Positions 1-10,552 are shown, counted from the stretch's first letter. The stretch: 64,000 nt of DNA from Armatimonadota bacterium (GCA_031400935.1 JANNQV010000017.1:1-64000), one strand, 5' to 3'. Numbers and translations are program-made. The notes: a model not told the origin generated them from the letters alone.

Positions 1-87
1 TATCGGCTGAGTTGTCGCGCTGAATGCTCCCAAAATGAGCGTCGGAATTGCAAATCCTGCGGGTACGAACCATTTTCGATTTTTCAA
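1..87 (-). CDS. N-terminal part of a secreted protein (runs off the window edge)
   Basis: TTG start after GGAGG; MKNRKWFVPAGFAIPTLILGAFSATTQPI is signal-peptide-like; frame open to base 1. Confidence 0.55.
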   Translation of the reverse strand, partial: MKNRKWFVPAGFAIPTLILGAFSATTQPI

Positions 88-174
88 GTTTCAACCTCCA
101 ATCACACGCCTCGTTGGACGTGCTTGGGGCTGATTGTGCACTTTGAATCTGAGGAAATTGTGAGGAATGGGAAT

Positions 175-296
175 TTTGGATTGTGGATTGCGGATTGTGA
201 ATTGTGGATTGTGGATTGTGGATTGCGCATAACCTATAACCTATAACCAACAACCAACAACCAACAACCCACAACCAACAACCAATAACCAATAGC
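175..296. repeat. Bipartite heptamer array: (GGATTGT)n then (AACCAAC/AACCTAT)n
   Basis: Degenerate 7-nt tandem repeats read directly; G/T arm about 175-226, C/A arm about 231-296. Confidence 0.9.
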
Positions 297-309
297 AAAA
301 GAAGTACAT

Positions 310-343
310 AAAAATGCCCCAACAATTCGTTGAGGCATTTTTT
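310..343. terminator. Intrinsic terminator of the PEP-CTERM gene (possibly bidirectional)
   Basis: AAAAATGCCCCAAC-loop-GTTGAGGCATTTTT hairpin just past the stop at 362. Confidence 0.75.
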
Positions 344-361
344 GTGAGGAGAGTTTCGAGT

Positions 362-1198
362 TTACTTGCGTCGTCGTCGAATAAAGGCAACTGCGCCGAG
401 ACCGAGGGCAACCATTGTTGCTGGCTCAGGTACTGCTGTTCCCCTAACGATGAACGGAAGGTCCTGAAAAACATCAGGCTCCGTAGCTGGGTTTCCGGCG
501 TCGAAAATGGGTACCCATGTTCCATTCAACTGCAGGGCATTCGCACCAGCAGGACCGCGGGAATCTTGATGAGTGGTCGTAGGACCAAATGCTGTGCCAA
601 GATTCGTTGCCACTACTCCCCAATCAATCCAATACGTTCCAGCAACAAGTGTCTGGCTCATATTCCAAGTTATTTCGTGAACACGTCGAGTAGTGCCAGG
701 AGCCGTACCAGGAGCAGGTGAATTGGTGCAGAAAATGCGATTCACGATTCCTGAAGCACCAGATGCATCCCAAACGATAGTGCTTGATGCACCACCATAG
801 GTCGCTGTTCCGACGATACTACCAACACCAGGAGTACCGTTCCAAACGTTCATCGTACCGCCGCTAAACGGGCTCGTCAACGTTCCGGTTTGATAGGCAT
901 AGGTTCTGAATCCCGTCACGTTCCATCCAGCGCCTGTGACTGTGAAGTCGTCTGCCAGGCGAAACGCACCTGTAACCGTTGAACCAGCATTGGTGTTGGA
1001 ACCCAACTGAACGCCAGCACCATTGGCTTGGACCTCGCTCCATCGTGTTCCAGCACCTGCGGCCACACCTGAGCGAGTCGTTGTGACTGCGTTAAGTGCA
1101 GCAACGTTTACGTTGCCTGATTGATTGCTATATAAGTTCTGTGCAAATGCGCTAGCCGAAGCGACAGTCGCTAATGCAAGAATAGTTAAATTTCTCAT
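362..1198 (-). CDS. PEP-CTERM sorting domain protein
   Basis: Signal peptide MRNLTILALATVASASAFA; C-terminal VPEPATMVALGLGAVAFIRRRRK; GGAGG RBS. Confidence 0.9.
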   Translation of the reverse strand: MRNLTILALATVASASAFAQNLYSNQSGNVNVAALNAVTTTRSGVAAGAGTRWSEVQANGAGVQLGSNTNAGSTVTGAFRLADDFTVTGAGWNVTGFRTYAYQTGTLTSPFSGGTMNVWNGTPGVGSIVGTATYGGASSTIVWDASGASGIVNRIFCTNSPAPGTAPGTTRRVHEITWNMSQTLVAGTYWIDWGVVATNLGTAFGPTTTHQDSRGPAGANALQLNGTWVPIFDAGNPATEPDVFQDLPFIVRGTAVPEPATMVALGLGAVAFIRRRRK

Positions 1199-1347
1199 TT
1201 TTCCTCCCATACAAATTCCCGGAGGCCTAACAAGACCAGCCGATTCCCTATTCTATGTCATTTTTGAGCGAAAGTACGCCAGAAATCGAAAAACCTGGTA
1301 CGTTTGCTAGTTAGAAAGACCACTGGCTGGTATTTTGGTGCCTTAAG

Positions 1348-1436
1348 TTGGAAGATGGCGGTTGGCGGCTGGCAGTAAGCGGCTCTCGGAAACCCGACAA
1401 CTAACAACCAACAACCAACAACCGATAACCAACAAC
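1348..1436. repeat. Bipartite heptamer array: (TGGCGGT)-like then (AACCAAC)n
   Basis: ATGGCGGTTGGCGGCTGGCAG followed by AACCCGACAACTAACAACCAACAACCAACAACCGATAACCAAC. Confidence 0.8.
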
Positions 1437-1469
1437 AAAAAGTCCCCAGAACTTCTGAGGACTTTTTGT
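1436..1469. terminator. Intrinsic terminator downstream of tuf
   Basis: CAAAAAGTCCCCAGA-loop-TCTGAGGACTTTTT hairpin flanked by A and T runs. Confidence 0.8.
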
Positions 1470-1485
1470 CAAACTAACGTAGAAT

Positions 1486-2685
1486 CTACTCGTAGATCTT
1501 TGTAATCGTTCCAGCACCGACCGTTCGGCCGCCTTCTCGAATCGCGAACTTCGAACCGTGCTCCATCGCGATTGGGTTGATCAGTTCAACCGTCATCGTG
1601 ATGTTGTCACCAGGCATACACATTTCGACGCCAGCCGGAAGACTGAGCGTGCCGGTAACGTCCGTCGTTCTGAAGTAGAACTGAGGCCGATATCCCGTAA
1701 TGAACGGAGTATGGCGTCCGCCTTCTTCTTTCGAAAGAACGTAAACCTCGCCATCGAACTTCGTGTGCGGCTTGATGGAACCTGGCTTGCAGATAACCAT
1801 TCCACGCTCAATCGTACTTCGATCTACGCCTCTAAGAAGCAATCCAACATTGTCGCCAGCTTGGCAAGTGTCCAAAAGCTTTCGGAACATTTCAACGCCC
1901 GTACAAGTTGTCTTTTTGGTGTCATGGATGCCAACGATCTCAACTTCAGTATTGATGTTGAGCGTTCCGCGCTCGACTCGGCCGGTAGCAACCGTACCAC
2001 GACCAGTGATCGTGAAAACGTCTTCCACAGCCATAAGGAATGGTTTGTCAACGTCCCTTTCAGGAGTTGGAATGAAATTGTCAACCGCTTCCATAAGCTC
2101 GAAAATCGAGGCAAATGCTGGATCGTCTACCGATGCGCCTTTCTCAAGAGCTTCCAAAGCCTTTACAGCCGAACCTTTTACGATTGGAGCGCCCTTGAAA
2201 CCGTACTTGTCAAGCAGGTCAGTGATTTCCATCTCGACTAGCTCGATGAGTTCAGGATCGTCAACAAGGTCAACCTTGTTGATGTAAACGACGATATATG
2301 GAACGCCAACCTGACGAGCCAACAGAATGTGCTCGCGGGTTTGCGCCATTGGGCCGTCGTTTCCTGCAACAACCAGAATCGCGCCGTCCATCTGCGCCGC
2401 GCCAGTGATCATGTTTTTGATAAAGTCAGCGTGACCAGGACAGTCAACGTGGGCATAGTGCCGAGTCGCGGTCTCATATTCTTGGTGAGAAATGTTGATG
2501 GTGATACCACGCGCCTTCTCTTCAGGTGCTGAGTCAATTTCAGCATAGGAGACTTTCTTGGAAAATCCCTTGAATGCGAGTGCGCCAGTGATAGCAGCCG
2601 TCAACGATGTTTTGCCGTGATCAACGTGGCCAATAGTGCCAACGTTAACGTGCGGCTTTGTTCTTTCAAATTTTGCTCGTGCCAT
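1486..2685 (-). CDS. tuf: Elongation factor Tu
   Basis: [50 protein letters not shown]; true start at MARAK (2685). Confidence 0.99.
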   Translation of the reverse strand: MARAKFERTKPHVNVGTIGHVDHGKTSLTAAITGALAFKGFSKKVSYAEIDSAPEEKARGITINISHQEYETATRHYAHVDCPGHADFIKNMITGAAQMDGAILVVAGNDGPMAQTREHILLARQVGVPYIVVYINKVDLVDDPELIELVEMEITDLLDKYGFKGAPIVKGSAVKALEALEKGASVDDPAFASIFELMEAVDNFIPTPERDVDKPFLMAVEDVFTITGRGTVATGRVERGTLNINTEVEIVGIHDTKKTTCTGVEMFRKLLDTCQAGDNVGLLLRGVDRSTIERGMVICKPGSIKPHTKFDGEVYVLSKEEGGRHTPFITGYRPQFYFRTTDVTGTLSLPAGVEMCMPGDNITMTVELINPIAMEHGSKFAIREGGRTVGAGTITKIYE

Positions 2686-2716
2686 TTTGTGTAGTGAAAC
2701 CTCTAGGTTTGGTGAA

Positions 2717-2735
2717 GGAGGGCGACCCGTCGCCC
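2717..2735 (+). repeat. REP-like palindrome in the tuf leader
   Basis: GGA-GGGCGAC-CC-GTCGCCC, resembling GTAG-foot REP hairpins. Confidence 0.45.
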
Positions 2736-2782
2736 AGATTTCGGTCGTTATCGTTCTAATCGTTGACGATTGCGACCGAAAA

Positions 2783-2811
2783 AGTATACCAGCAGTTCGG
2801 GTTGGTTGCAA
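2783..2811 (-). promoter_or_regulatory. Sigma70-type promoter of tuf
   Basis: Minus strand TTGCAA-17 nt-TATACT with an extended TG motif. Confidence 0.65.
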
Positions 2812-2812
2812 G

Positions 2813-2952
2813 GGATTTTGGGAATTGGTTATTGGTGTTATCGGTTGTCGGCTATAGGTTGTTGGTTATACAAGCGCAGACTTCATTTTTTAGAAAATCC
2901 AACAGCTTAGAGAATTTCACAAATTTCCCAATAAAGTCCATTCATTCCTTCC
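2813..2952. repeat. Heptamer array (GGTTATT/GGTTGTC) followed by a degenerate C/A-rich arm
   Basis: TTGGTTATTGGTGTTATCGGTTGTCGGCTATAGGTTGTTGGTTATA, then AAATCCAAC...AAATTTCCCAAT...CATTCCTTCCC. Confidence 0.7.
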
Positions 2953-2973
2953 CTGATAGACGTACAATGAACC

Positions 2974-3180
2974 ATGACCGATTTGATTTTTGAAGTACGC
3001 GAAGACCCAGAAGGTGGATTTACCGCTCGTGCTCTTAGTGCTTCACTATTTACAGAGGCAGAGACCTTGGAAGAACTGCGCGAAAAAGTACGCGACGCTG
3101 TTCGTTGCCATTTTGACCCAGGCACAGAGCCAAAGGTAATCAGACTGCTCATTGTCCGAGAAGAGATCATCGCCGCGTGA
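2974..3180 (+). CDS. hicB: Short HicB-like antitoxin (partial RNase H fold, no DNA-binding domain)
   Basis: IFEVREDPEGGFTARAL...FTEAETLEELREKVRDAV pattern; GTGA overlap with a HicA gene. Confidence 0.75.
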   Translation: MTDLIFEVREDPEGGFTARALSASLFTEAETLEELREKVRDAVRCHFDPGTEPKVIRLLIVREEIIAA

Positions 3181-3419
3181 AACTTCCTCGAGACGTTTCT
3201 GGAAGAGATTTGGCGAAGAAGCTGACTCGCTTGGGATATGAAGTTACGCGAGAATCCGGAAGCCACATGCGTCTCACGAGCCAACTGAATGGAGAACACC
3301 ACTTAACTGTCCCAGACCATAACCCACTGAAGGTTGGCACTCTTTCTGCGATTCTCGCTGACGTCGCCAAGCATCACAATCTAAGTCGCACAGAGATACT
3401 CTCAATGCTTTGGGGCTAG
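3177..3419 (+). CDS. hicA: HicA-family mRNA interferase toxin
   Basis: LxxLGYEVTRESGSHMRL...HLTVPDH..LKVGTLSAIL HicA signature. Confidence 0.9.
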   Translation: MKLPRDVSGRDLAKKLTRLGYEVTRESGSHMRLTSQLNGEHHLTVPDHNPLKVGTLSAILADVAKHHNLSRTEILSMLWG

Positions 3420-3499
3420 GCGCTTGACTAAACATCGAGTTCAGAATCAAATACTCTGAACACCTTTGATCATGGGAGGATCAGATTGAGCAATTCGTC

Positions 3500-4294
3500 T
3501 CACAAACCCTTTAGAATCTTCAAAATCCTCTCCCAAGCCGAGTTCCTACCCTTCACGTTTGGTTCTTGTGCATCAGGCATTTGGCCAGCTCGCATAAAAC
3601 CATGTCCAGCTCCCTCGTACAAAACTGGCTCATAAGACTTCCCCGCCGCCTTCATCGCCTTTTCGGTATCCGGAATAGTGGCGTTGATTCGCGCATCGTT
3701 GCTCCCATAGAATCCATAAACGGGCGCGGAAATCTTAGACAAAAGGCTAGCATCGGTGGGAGCAGAGCCATAAAACACAAGCGATGCCTTCAGATCATTT
3801 CGCTGTGTGGCAAACCGGAAAGTCTGCGTTCCACCCCAGCAAAATCCGCCCACAACCAGCTTGCCATTTGAAGCTGCAAGAGCCTTACCATAATCGCAGG
3901 CTGCGTTTAGGTCGCCAGATACTTGCTCGGCTGGGAGTCCGCTTATCGCTTCTCGTGCTTTGCCAACGTCAGGAAATGAGTCGGTTCTTCCTTTGCTGGG
4001 CCCCATTTCAGAAAGAAAATCTGGCGCGATGACGATAAAGCCTTCCTTTGCCAGAAGATCGGCGGTGAGCATGACCCAATCAGTCAGTCCCATGATTTCG
4101 TGGATGAGCACGACAACCGTTGCCTTTTCCTTGATTTCGGGATAAACGACGAACGCTTTTACGGTTCTTGCGCCGCTTTTTAGGTCAACCCATTCTTGAT
4201 GCCGAGGCGAACCCTCCATCAACTTCTTGGCCCAGTCTTGCGCGGGAACCAGTGAAGCTAAAGCAAAAATGGCAATAATCAGAGTGCTACGCAT
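3500..4294 (-). CDS. Secreted dienelactone hydrolase family protein
   Basis: Signal peptide; IHEIMGL, GFCWGG nucleophile elbow, GAGHGF. Confidence 0.9.
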   Translation of the reverse strand: MRSTLIIAIFALASLVPAQDWAKKLMEGSPRHQEWVDLKSGARTVKAFVVYPEIKEKATVVVLIHEIMGLTDWVMLTADLLAKEGFIVIAPDFLSEMGPSKGRTDSFPDVGKAREAISGLPAEQVSGDLNAACDYGKALAASNGKLVVGGFCWGGTQTFRFATQRNDLKASLVFYGSAPTDASLLSKISAPVYGFYGSNDARINATIPDTEKAMKAAGKSYEPVLYEGAGHGFMRAGQMPDAQEPNVKGRNSAWERILKILKGL

Positions 4295-4376
4295 GCGCGC
4301 ATTTTACACTTCAAACGGAACTTTTTCGAATGAAAGTGATTCAACCGGATTTTGAAACAGGATGAATCCTGTCCGA

Positions 4377-5798
4377 CTAAGGCACCGCAGAAAACCTCTT
4401 CCCAATTTCGTCGAGCCACTGAGTCAGCACAGATTCAGGAAACCAGTTGCCACGAACCATCACTCCTGTCCTCTTTTCAGTCGCGGAGATGTCTGCCAAA
4501 GGATTCTCGTCAAGCAATACAAGATCGGCTCGCAAGCCAGCTTTGATTGTGCCGAACTTCTTGTCAACCTTTAGGAATTCGGCAGGTACTCGGGTCGCTG
4601 CGCTAAGCACTTCGTAGTTCGTTAGTCCGGCTGCCTTTAGCGCTTTTAGCTCTCTATGAAGTGCAAAACCATACACATGGAATGCGTCGGGCGAATCTGA
4701 CCCTGCCATGATTTTTCCGCCATTTCTCAAAATCAGCACAGTGAGAGTATCTCGAATTTGCTGGTATCTTTGCCGCCGTTCGATCGAGGGTCGGATTTCA
4801 TTGATCCGCTTTAGCGCGGGAAAGAGTCTTGCAGAATTCTTTTTCGGAGTAAACAGGAAGTCCGGGCGACTCCGTATCTGCTCCTCAGTCTCTCCTTCCA
4901 CAACTACACTTTTGAAGAAGTTCAATGTCGGCGTCGTATAGGTTCCCGATTCGGCTGTTGCCTTGGCAATCGCCTTCACTTTCTCATCATCCACATAGTC
5001 TAGGCTGACCCAGTTGTCCTTCCGATACACATTCCGGTCTGAAACAGAAACCTTAATGGGAGAATCATCTTTTAGTACTGATTCCATGTACGCATCGAAG
5101 TGCTCTAAGTTCTGCTTTTGCTTCAAAGCATGAGCGACGCCCGTGCTGGGATCAACGTGCCCCACAACTCGAATGCCTTGCTCTTTGGCTGCCTTGATCG
5201 CTGCGTCGTAGTATGGCTGCACGAATCCATCAACGAATTTTATAAAGTCGTAACCAGCCCGTTTGAACTCCTCAACCGCACTTTTTGCGGCTTCTGGAGT
5301 TGTAGCGAGCCGTCCGTTCGATTCGGCACTTTGGGGCCGGCCGGTCAAACCCGGACTTGCAACAAAGAGTGTGGGGCCAATCATCTTGCCTTCTTCGACT
5401 TGACTGCGATACTTTAGATGCTCAGGCGTTCCTAACATCAATCGGATCGTGGTCACACCGTTAGCGATCATCACTTTGAGTTCGTCGCCAGCCATCTCTT
5501 TCGGAAATTCATCGTCGGAAAAGAGGTGCGTGTGCATGTCCATCAATCCGGGGATCAGGTACTTGCCACGTCCGTCAATTTCGACAGAGCCCACTGGAAT
5601 CTTGATCTTTGAAGCATCCCCAATGAATTTGATCCGGTCGCCTTCAATCAATACTGTCTGGTGTGAGAGCACGACTTCCCGGTTCATCGGCACAACATTT
5701 ACATTCAAAAAAGCGTACTTTGTTGCTTGTTGCGAAGAAACGCCATGCAATGGCAAATCTGCTAAAACAGCAATCAAAGAAAAGGTTGTCGCAATCAT
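4377..5798 (-). CDS. Amidohydrolase family protein
   Basis: LIPGLMDMHTHL (HxH), AGSDSP, G..ADLVLLD.NPL.DI. Confidence 0.9.
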   Translation of the reverse strand: MIATTFSLIAVLADLPLHGVSSQQATKYAFLNVNVVPMNREVVLSHQTVLIEGDRIKFIGDASKIKIPVGSVEIDGRGKYLIPGLMDMHTHLFSDDEFPKEMAGDELKVMIANGVTTIRLMLGTPEHLKYRSQVEEGKMIGPTLFVASPGLTGRPQSAESNGRLATTPEAAKSAVEEFKRAGYDFIKFVDGFVQPYYDAAIKAAKEQGIRVVGHVDPSTGVAHALKQKQNLEHFDAYMESVLKDDSPIKVSVSDRNVYRKDNWVSLDYVDDEKVKAIAKATAESGTYTTPTLNFFKSVVVEGETEEQIRSRPDFLFTPKKNSARLFPALKRINEIRPSIERRQRYQQIRDTLTVLILRNGGKIMAGSDSPDAFHVYGFALHRELKALKAAGLTNYEVLSAATRVPAEFLKVDKKFGTIKAGLRADLVLLDENPLADISATEKRTGVMVRGNWFPESVLTQWLDEIGKRFSAVP

Positions 5799-5959
5799 AT
5801 TTCTCTCATCAGTCCGTAAGCGAATCTGACTCGCCCTTGGAGAGAATACGCCAGACGTATGTCAAAACGCAAAAAAGCCGCTTCAATTGACTAGTTTAGA
5901 GAAGAAATGGTCAATTTGAGGCCACATTCGATAGCTTCATACGCCCACCCAAACTAAAA

Positions 5960-5985
5960 CAAGCCGGAAGCGAACTTCCGGCTTG
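5960..5985 (-). terminator. Intrinsic terminator of the CHRD/PEP-CTERM gene
   Basis: Perfect 11-bp stem CAAGCCGGAAG-CGAA-CTTCCGGCTTG followed by a T-rich tail on the minus strand. Confidence 0.8.
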
Positions 5986-6008
5986 AAAGGTTGAGGAGAG
6001 TTTGAGAA

Positions 6009-6554
6009 TTACTTGTGTCGTCGGCGAAGGAATGGAATTACGCCTAGACCCAGAACAGCCATAGTAGCGGGTTCAGGCACGACGCCATTGCACTCGATCT
6101 GACCACGAATATGACCGCCTGGATTTGCTGCCGTGTGCGCATTGATGTACGAATCACCGTTGATCATTCGGGTGAGAAACGCCTGGTTCAGGGCATTTGA
6201 ACCAAGATTCATTGTTCCGTTAAAAACTACTACCCAAAATGCTCCAGCATTGAAAGGAGAACCCGCAACCTGGTTTGTCAGAATGTTGAATCGAACTGGG
6301 CCATTTACACCAACTGCTGCATCGTGAATGTGCATTCCCGTTAGGGCCGTCGGGGCGAGATTCCAAAGATTCACTGAACCACCTGTTGCCCAGGTTTGAT
6401 CATTGATCGTAAACGAGGCAGTTCCATAAGCAGTTGTTGAAACTGGTGGAACTTCTTGATTTCCTGAAATTATCGGTGCTGAAAATCCCCAAATAAGTGC
6501 TTGACTCTGCGCAACGATTGCCATCGCCGCTATTGAAACTAGAACTTTTTTCAT
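6009..6554 (-). CDS. CHRD domain PEP-CTERM protein
   Basis: SGNQEVPP, GMHIH, YINAHTAANPGGHIRGQI (CHRD); VPEPATMAVLGLG...RRRHK. Confidence 0.9.
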   Translation of the reverse strand: MKKVLVSIAAMAIVAQSQALIWGFSAPIISGNQEVPPVSTTAYGTASFTINDQTWATGGSVNLWNLAPTALTGMHIHDAAVGVNGPVRFNILTNQVAGSPFNAGAFWVVVFNGTMNLGSNALNQAFLTRMINGDSYINAHTAANPGGHIRGQIECNGVVPEPATMAVLGLGVIPFLRRRHK

Positions 6555-6697
6555 CTTTTTTCCTCAAAACCCCAAAGTGCGAGCGAGCTGCTCGACAAAA
6601 ATACTCACAGTGCCTTGTCGTTAGATTGTAGCTTCAAAGTTGGAGAGTTACTCTAAATCCTGTAATTTAAGTGCCAAAACAGGTATTTTTGCGCGGT

Positions 6698-6931
6698 TCA
6701 AACCTGAGATTTAAAGCAAGCCACTTCTAACAACGCGAATTCGTTTTGAGCCTTTGCGAACATTGCCGGAAGGAGTTTCCATATTTCCTCGTCCTTCCAT
6801 AACCGGACGTAGACGTCCGGGGACCAAAATGCGGAGCCGTATGTGGTGATCCTGTGAGTGATGCGAAAAAAATGCTCCGCGCTCCTGAAGCACTGCCAAA
6901 CTAAGCATCTGAAGCGCAAGCTCCGGATCAT
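6698..6931 (-). pseudogene. Possible truncated REP-associated tyrosine transposase (RAYT) N-terminus
   Basis: HFFRITHRITTYG...LWKDEEIWKLLPAMFAKAQNEFALLEVACF resembles RAYT N-termini up to, but not including, the HUH motif; lies directly after two REP-like hairpins. Confidence 0.3.
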
Positions 6932-6947
6932 GTTTGTTTTTTCCGGA

Positions 6948-7010
6948 GACAGGATAAATCCTGTCCTACCATTTCGTTTGTGATTGATAACAGGTTAAAT
7001 CCTGTTCAAC
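6948..7010 (-). repeat. Two REP-like palindromes directly after the fusA stop
   Basis: Minus strand GTTG-AACAGG-ATTTAA-CCTGTT (6989-7010) and GTAG-GACAGGAT-TT-ATCCTGTC (6948-6969). Confidence 0.7.
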
Positions 7011-7013
7011 GCC

Positions 7014-9149
7014 CTATCTTCCGCCTTGAGCCTTGGCAATGATTTCCGTCGCAATGTTTCCAGGAACCACTTCGTAGTGCGAAGGCGTCACGTTCGGCGT
7101 GGCACGGCCTTGAGTCAAAGATCGCAATGTCGTAACGTAGCCAAACATTTCGGAAAGGGGCACTACGGAATTGATCACAGTAGTGTTACCCATCGCAGAT
7201 TCTTGCCCCTCGATGCGCCCTCTACGCTTGTTGAGATCGCCGATCACATCACCCACGCTTGCTTCAGGTGTGGTGACTTCAACGTGCATGATTGGTTCCT
7301 TGATGACTGGCTTCGCAGCCTTCATCGCTGCCTTAAAGCCGAGAATCGCAGCCTGCTTAAATGCATTCTCGTTCGAGTCAACATCATGGTAGCTGCCCTC
7401 TAAGACAGCGACTTTTATGTCCACAACAGGATATCCAGCAATCGTGCCATTTCGAATCGCATCTCGAACGCCCTTCTCAATCGCCGGAATGTATTCCTTT
7501 GGAATAGATCCGCCAACAACTCGATTTTCGAATGAAAAACCTGCGCCTGCTTCTTGAGGTTCGATTTGAAGCCAGCAATCGCCATATTGACCGGAACCGC
7601 CAGTCTGGCGGACAAATTTGCCTTGAGCCTTAGAAATGACCGTCGCAGTTTCGCGATACGCAACTTGCGGCTTGCCTTGGTTTGCTTGAACTCCGAATTC
7701 TCGATTCAGGCGATCTACGATGATTTCAAGGTGTAGTTCGCCCATTCCAGAAATAATCGTTTGCCCCGATTCTTGATCGGTAAATACTCGGAAAGTGGGG
7801 TCTTCTTGCGCCAATCGGTGCAATGAGGAACCCAATTTCTCTTGGTCAGCCTTCGATTTTGGCTCGATTGCAATTTGAATAACCGGTTCCGGAAACTTGA
7901 TGGATTCAAGTGCAATCAGGTGATCTGGATCGCAAATCGTGTGCCCAGTGTTCACATCGCCTAGGCCAATCACGCCAACGATGTCGCCCGCATTTACTTC
8001 GTCAATATCGCTTCTAGAGTTGGCATGCATTTCCAAAATTCTGCCGACTCGCTCGGTTCGAGTTCGAAAATCGTTTGTCGAAGGTTCTCGGTAGGTAACT
8101 TCAATCTGCGAGCCCTTTTTGAGTGTTCCGGAATAGACTCGAATGAAGGTCAAACGGCCGACATATTTGTCGGACATGATTTTGAACGCCAAGGCCGAAA
8201 ACGGCTGCTTGTCGTCTGGGTTTCTTTCAATCTTCTCTTCCGTATCAGGGTCAACGCCAGCAATCGCACCCACATCAAGTGGCGAAGGAAGGTAATCAAC
8301 TACGCAGTCAATCATGGCCTGTACGCCCTTGTTTTTGAAAGACGAACCCGAAATCATAGGAACGATTTTGTTTGCCAAGGTTCCAATTCTAAGGGCGCTT
8401 CGAAGTTCGGCTTCGCCGATCTCTTTGCCATCTAAGAATCGCTCCATGATCGAGTCATCGCAATCCGCGATGGCTTCAATCATCTTTTCACGATATTCGG
8501 CGGCAATTGCACGCAAATTCTCAGGAATCTCTGTTTCGCGGAAAGTCTTACCCTTGTCGTCATCAGTATCGTAGACCGATGCCTTCATCGTGATCAGATC
8601 AACATAGCCAAGGTAGCCGCTTTCGGCACCAATTGGAATCTGAATCGGGGCGGCGTTAGCTCCCAATCGGTCCTTTGCGCGAGCCAAAACCGAGAAGAAA
8701 TCTGCGCCTAACCGGTCCATCTTGTTCACATAGATGATGCGTGGGACTTTGTATTTGTTCATTTGGCGCCAAACCGTTTCGGTCTGAGGCTGAACTCCGC
8801 CTACTGCGCAAAGCACGCAAACCGCGCCATCGAGAACGCGAAGCGAGCGTTCGACTTCAACTGTAAAGTCAACGTGGCCGGGAGTATCAATAATGTTGAT
8901 TTTGTGCTCGGGCTTGTCGCCTTGCGAACCACTCCAGAAGCATGAAGTTGCGGCGGAGGTAATCGTAATTCCCCGCTCTTGCTCTTGCTCCATCCAGTCC
9001 ATAGTTGCGGCGCCTTCATGCACTTCACCCATCTTGTGCGACTTACCGGTATAGAACAGAATTCGTTCTGTTGTTGTTGTTTTGCCAGCATCAATGTGCG
9101 CGGCGATTCCGATGTTTCGAACTACGTTTAGAGGATGTGTACGAGGCAT
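7014..9149 (-). CDS. fusA: Elongation factor G
   Basis: [47 protein letters not shown]. Confidence 0.99.
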   Translation of the reverse strand: MPRTHPLNVVRNIGIAAHIDAGKTTTTERILFYTGKSHKMGEVHEGAATMDWMEQEQERGITITSAATSCFWSGSQGDKPEHKINIIDTPGHVDFTVEVERSLRVLDGAVCVLCAVGGVQPQTETVWRQMNKYKVPRIIYVNKMDRLGADFFSVLARAKDRLGANAAPIQIPIGAESGYLGYVDLITMKASVYDTDDDKGKTFRETEIPENLRAIAAEYREKMIEAIADCDDSIMERFLDGKEIGEAELRSALRIGTLANKIVPMISGSSFKNKGVQAMIDCVVDYLPSPLDVGAIAGVDPDTEEKIERNPDDKQPFSALAFKIMSDKYVGRLTFIRVYSGTLKKGSQIEVTYREPSTNDFRTRTERVGRILEMHANSRSDIDEVNAGDIVGVIGLGDVNTGHTICDPDHLIALESIKFPEPVIQIAIEPKSKADQEKLGSSLHRLAQEDPTFRVFTDQESGQTIISGMGELHLEIIVDRLNREFGVQANQGKPQVAYRETATVISKAQGKFVRQTGGSGQYGDCWLQIEPQEAGAGFSFENRVVGGSIPKEYIPAIEKGVRDAIRNGTIAGYPVVDIKVAVLEGSYHDVDSNENAFKQAAILGFKAAMKAAKPVIKEPIMHVEVTTPEASVGDVIGDLNKRRGRIEGQESAMGNTTVINSVVPLSEMFGYVTTLRSLTQGRATPNVTPSHYEVVPGNIATEIIAKAQGGR

Positions 9150-9189
9150 AGTGTTTCCTTTCTCCTAAGAGATTAGAGTGATTGGCGAA

Positions 9190-9660
9190 TTAGAATCTGT
9201 AATGAGCGAACGCCTTGTTGGCTTCTGCCATTCGGTGCGTATCTTCGCGCTTTTTGATAGCAGCGCCTGTTCCGCTGAAGGCGTCGAACAATTCGCCTGC
9301 AAGCCTATCGGTCATGGTTTTGCCCGAACGCTTCCGAGCAGCCTCAACTAACCATCTTAAAGCCAAAGTCCTTCTTCGGTCTGGGCGAACTTCCATAGGA
9401 ACTTGGTAAGTCTGTCCGCCAACTCGGCGAGGTCGAACTTCTACGTTTGGCATCGCGTTTTGGATTGCCTTGTCAAAAACTGTTGTGGCTTCTTCGCCCG
9501 CTTTTTCAGCGGCGGTTGCAATTGCACCGTAAAAAATTCGTTCGGCAACTGTCTTTTTGCCTCGCATCATCATTCGGTTGATGAATCTCTGCATCATTTC
9601 TGAACCATACACTGGGTCAGGCTTGATTTCTCTTTTGATTGGTGGTCCTTTTCTTGGCAT
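9190..9660 (-). CDS. rpsG: 30S ribosomal protein S7
   Basis: [26 protein letters not shown]. Confidence 0.99.
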   Translation of the reverse strand: MPRKGPPIKREIKPDPVYGSEMMQRFINRMMMRGKKTVAERIFYGAIATAAEKAGEEATTVFDKAIQNAMPNVEVRPRRVGGQTYQVPMEVRPDRRRTLALRWLVEAARKRSGKTMTDRLAGELFDAFSGTGAAIKKREDTHRMAEANKAFAHYRF

Positions 9661-9669
9661 ATCTTTCTT

Positions 9670-9692
9670 GTGGCTTGGGCGTCCCGCCCAAG
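9670..9692 (+). repeat. REP-like palindrome upstream of rpsG
   Basis: GTGG-CTTGGGCG-TCC-CGCCCAAG, a perfect 8-bp stem. Confidence 0.65.
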
Positions 9693-9698
9693 TCTCTC

Positions 9699-9807
9699 GT
9701 TATTGGTTGTTAGTTGTCGGTTATTAGTTGTCGGTTGTCAGTTTTTGGTTGTTAGTTGTCGGTTGCAGTTATTCAAATCCAAAATCCACAATCTAAAATC
9801 CAAAATG
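9699..9807. repeat. Bipartite heptamer array between rpsL and rpsG: (GGTTGTC/AGTTGTC)n then (AATCCAA)n
   Basis: Tandem 7-mers read directly. Confidence 0.9.
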
Positions 9808-9809
9808 GT

Positions 9810-10190
9810 TTACTTTGGCGCCTTCGGCCTCTTCGTGCCGTATTTGCTTCGGCCCTGCATTCGGTTGTTGGTTCCTGCAGTCTGCTGAGTTCCTCGAACG
9901 ATGTGATATCGAACGCCGGGAAGGTCTTTCACACGTCCGCCTCTTACGAGGACGACGCTGTGCTCTTGCAAGTTGTGGCCGACGCCAGGGATATAGGCTG
10001 TAACTTCAATTCCATTGGTCAATCGAACTCGGGCAACTTTTCGAAGTGCTGAGTTCGGTTTCTTAGGCGTTTGAGTTCGCACGATAGTGCAAACACCCCT
10101 TCGAAACGGGTTCCCCTTGAGTGCAGGCGATTTCGATTTGAACTTCGGCTGCGTTCTTCCTTTGCGTACCAATTGGTTGACTGTCGGCAT
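9810..10190 (-). CDS. rpsL: 30S ribosomal protein S12
   Basis: [38 protein letters not shown]. Confidence 0.99.
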   Translation of the reverse strand: MPTVNQLVRKGRTQPKFKSKSPALKGNPFRRGVCTIVRTQTPKKPNSALRKVARVRLTNGIEVTAYIPGVGHNLQEHSVVLVRGGRVKDLPGVRYHIVRGTQQTAGTNNRMQGRSKYGTKRPKAPK

Positions 10191-10203
10191 CAATTCTTCT
10201 CTT

Positions 10204-10389
10204 TTGTTCTTGGTTGTCGGTTTTCGGTTGTTGGTTATTGGTTGTTGGTTATTGGTTGTTGGTTATTATTGTAAGTTATCAGTTGTAAGTTATCGGTTGT
10301 CGGTTGTCAGTTATTAGTTCTGTGTTGTCGGTTGTCCGCTCTCCGCACTCCGCTCTACTCCGATTCCTCCATACCATCCATACAATTCA
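10204..10389. repeat. Bipartite heptamer array upstream of rpsL: (GGTTGTT/GGTTATT)n then (CTCCGCA/CTCCGCT)n
   Basis: Long 7-mer array at about 10208-10335, then CCGCTCTCCGCACTCCGCTCTACTCCG. Confidence 0.9.
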
Positions 10390-10404
10390 TTCTAGGAGGT
10401 TTTC

Positions 10405-10436
10405 AACAAAAAACCCCTTCGATCTCTCGACAGGGG
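10405..10436 (-). terminator. Terminator-like hairpin upstream of rpsL
   Basis: Minus strand CCCCTGTCGA-GAGA-TCGAAGGGG-TTTTTTGTT. Confidence 0.7.
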
Positions 10437-10552
10437 CGCGGCTTTTTTGAATCTAGCTATGGTTCATTTCTTTGATTCCTGAAAACCTGCCTTTCAGCTG
10501 CCTCCCTCGACGTGACTTGCCCTTCCCTCTCCAAGAGTTCTGAGCAATTCAA

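Noticed and set aside
241..525. ORFs with LLVVGC-type tails (also 9670-9888, 10071-10317, 2636-2993)
   Set aside because: They are translations of the heptamer arrays and overlap real genes; no independent coding signal.
2686..2811. Long N-terminal extensions in the ORF track (tuf; also murD, scpA and the ORFs starting at 44487, 44694 and 51640)
   Set aside because: Upstream alternative starts run through promoters, repeats or neighbouring genes; RBS position and homology favour the downstream starts.
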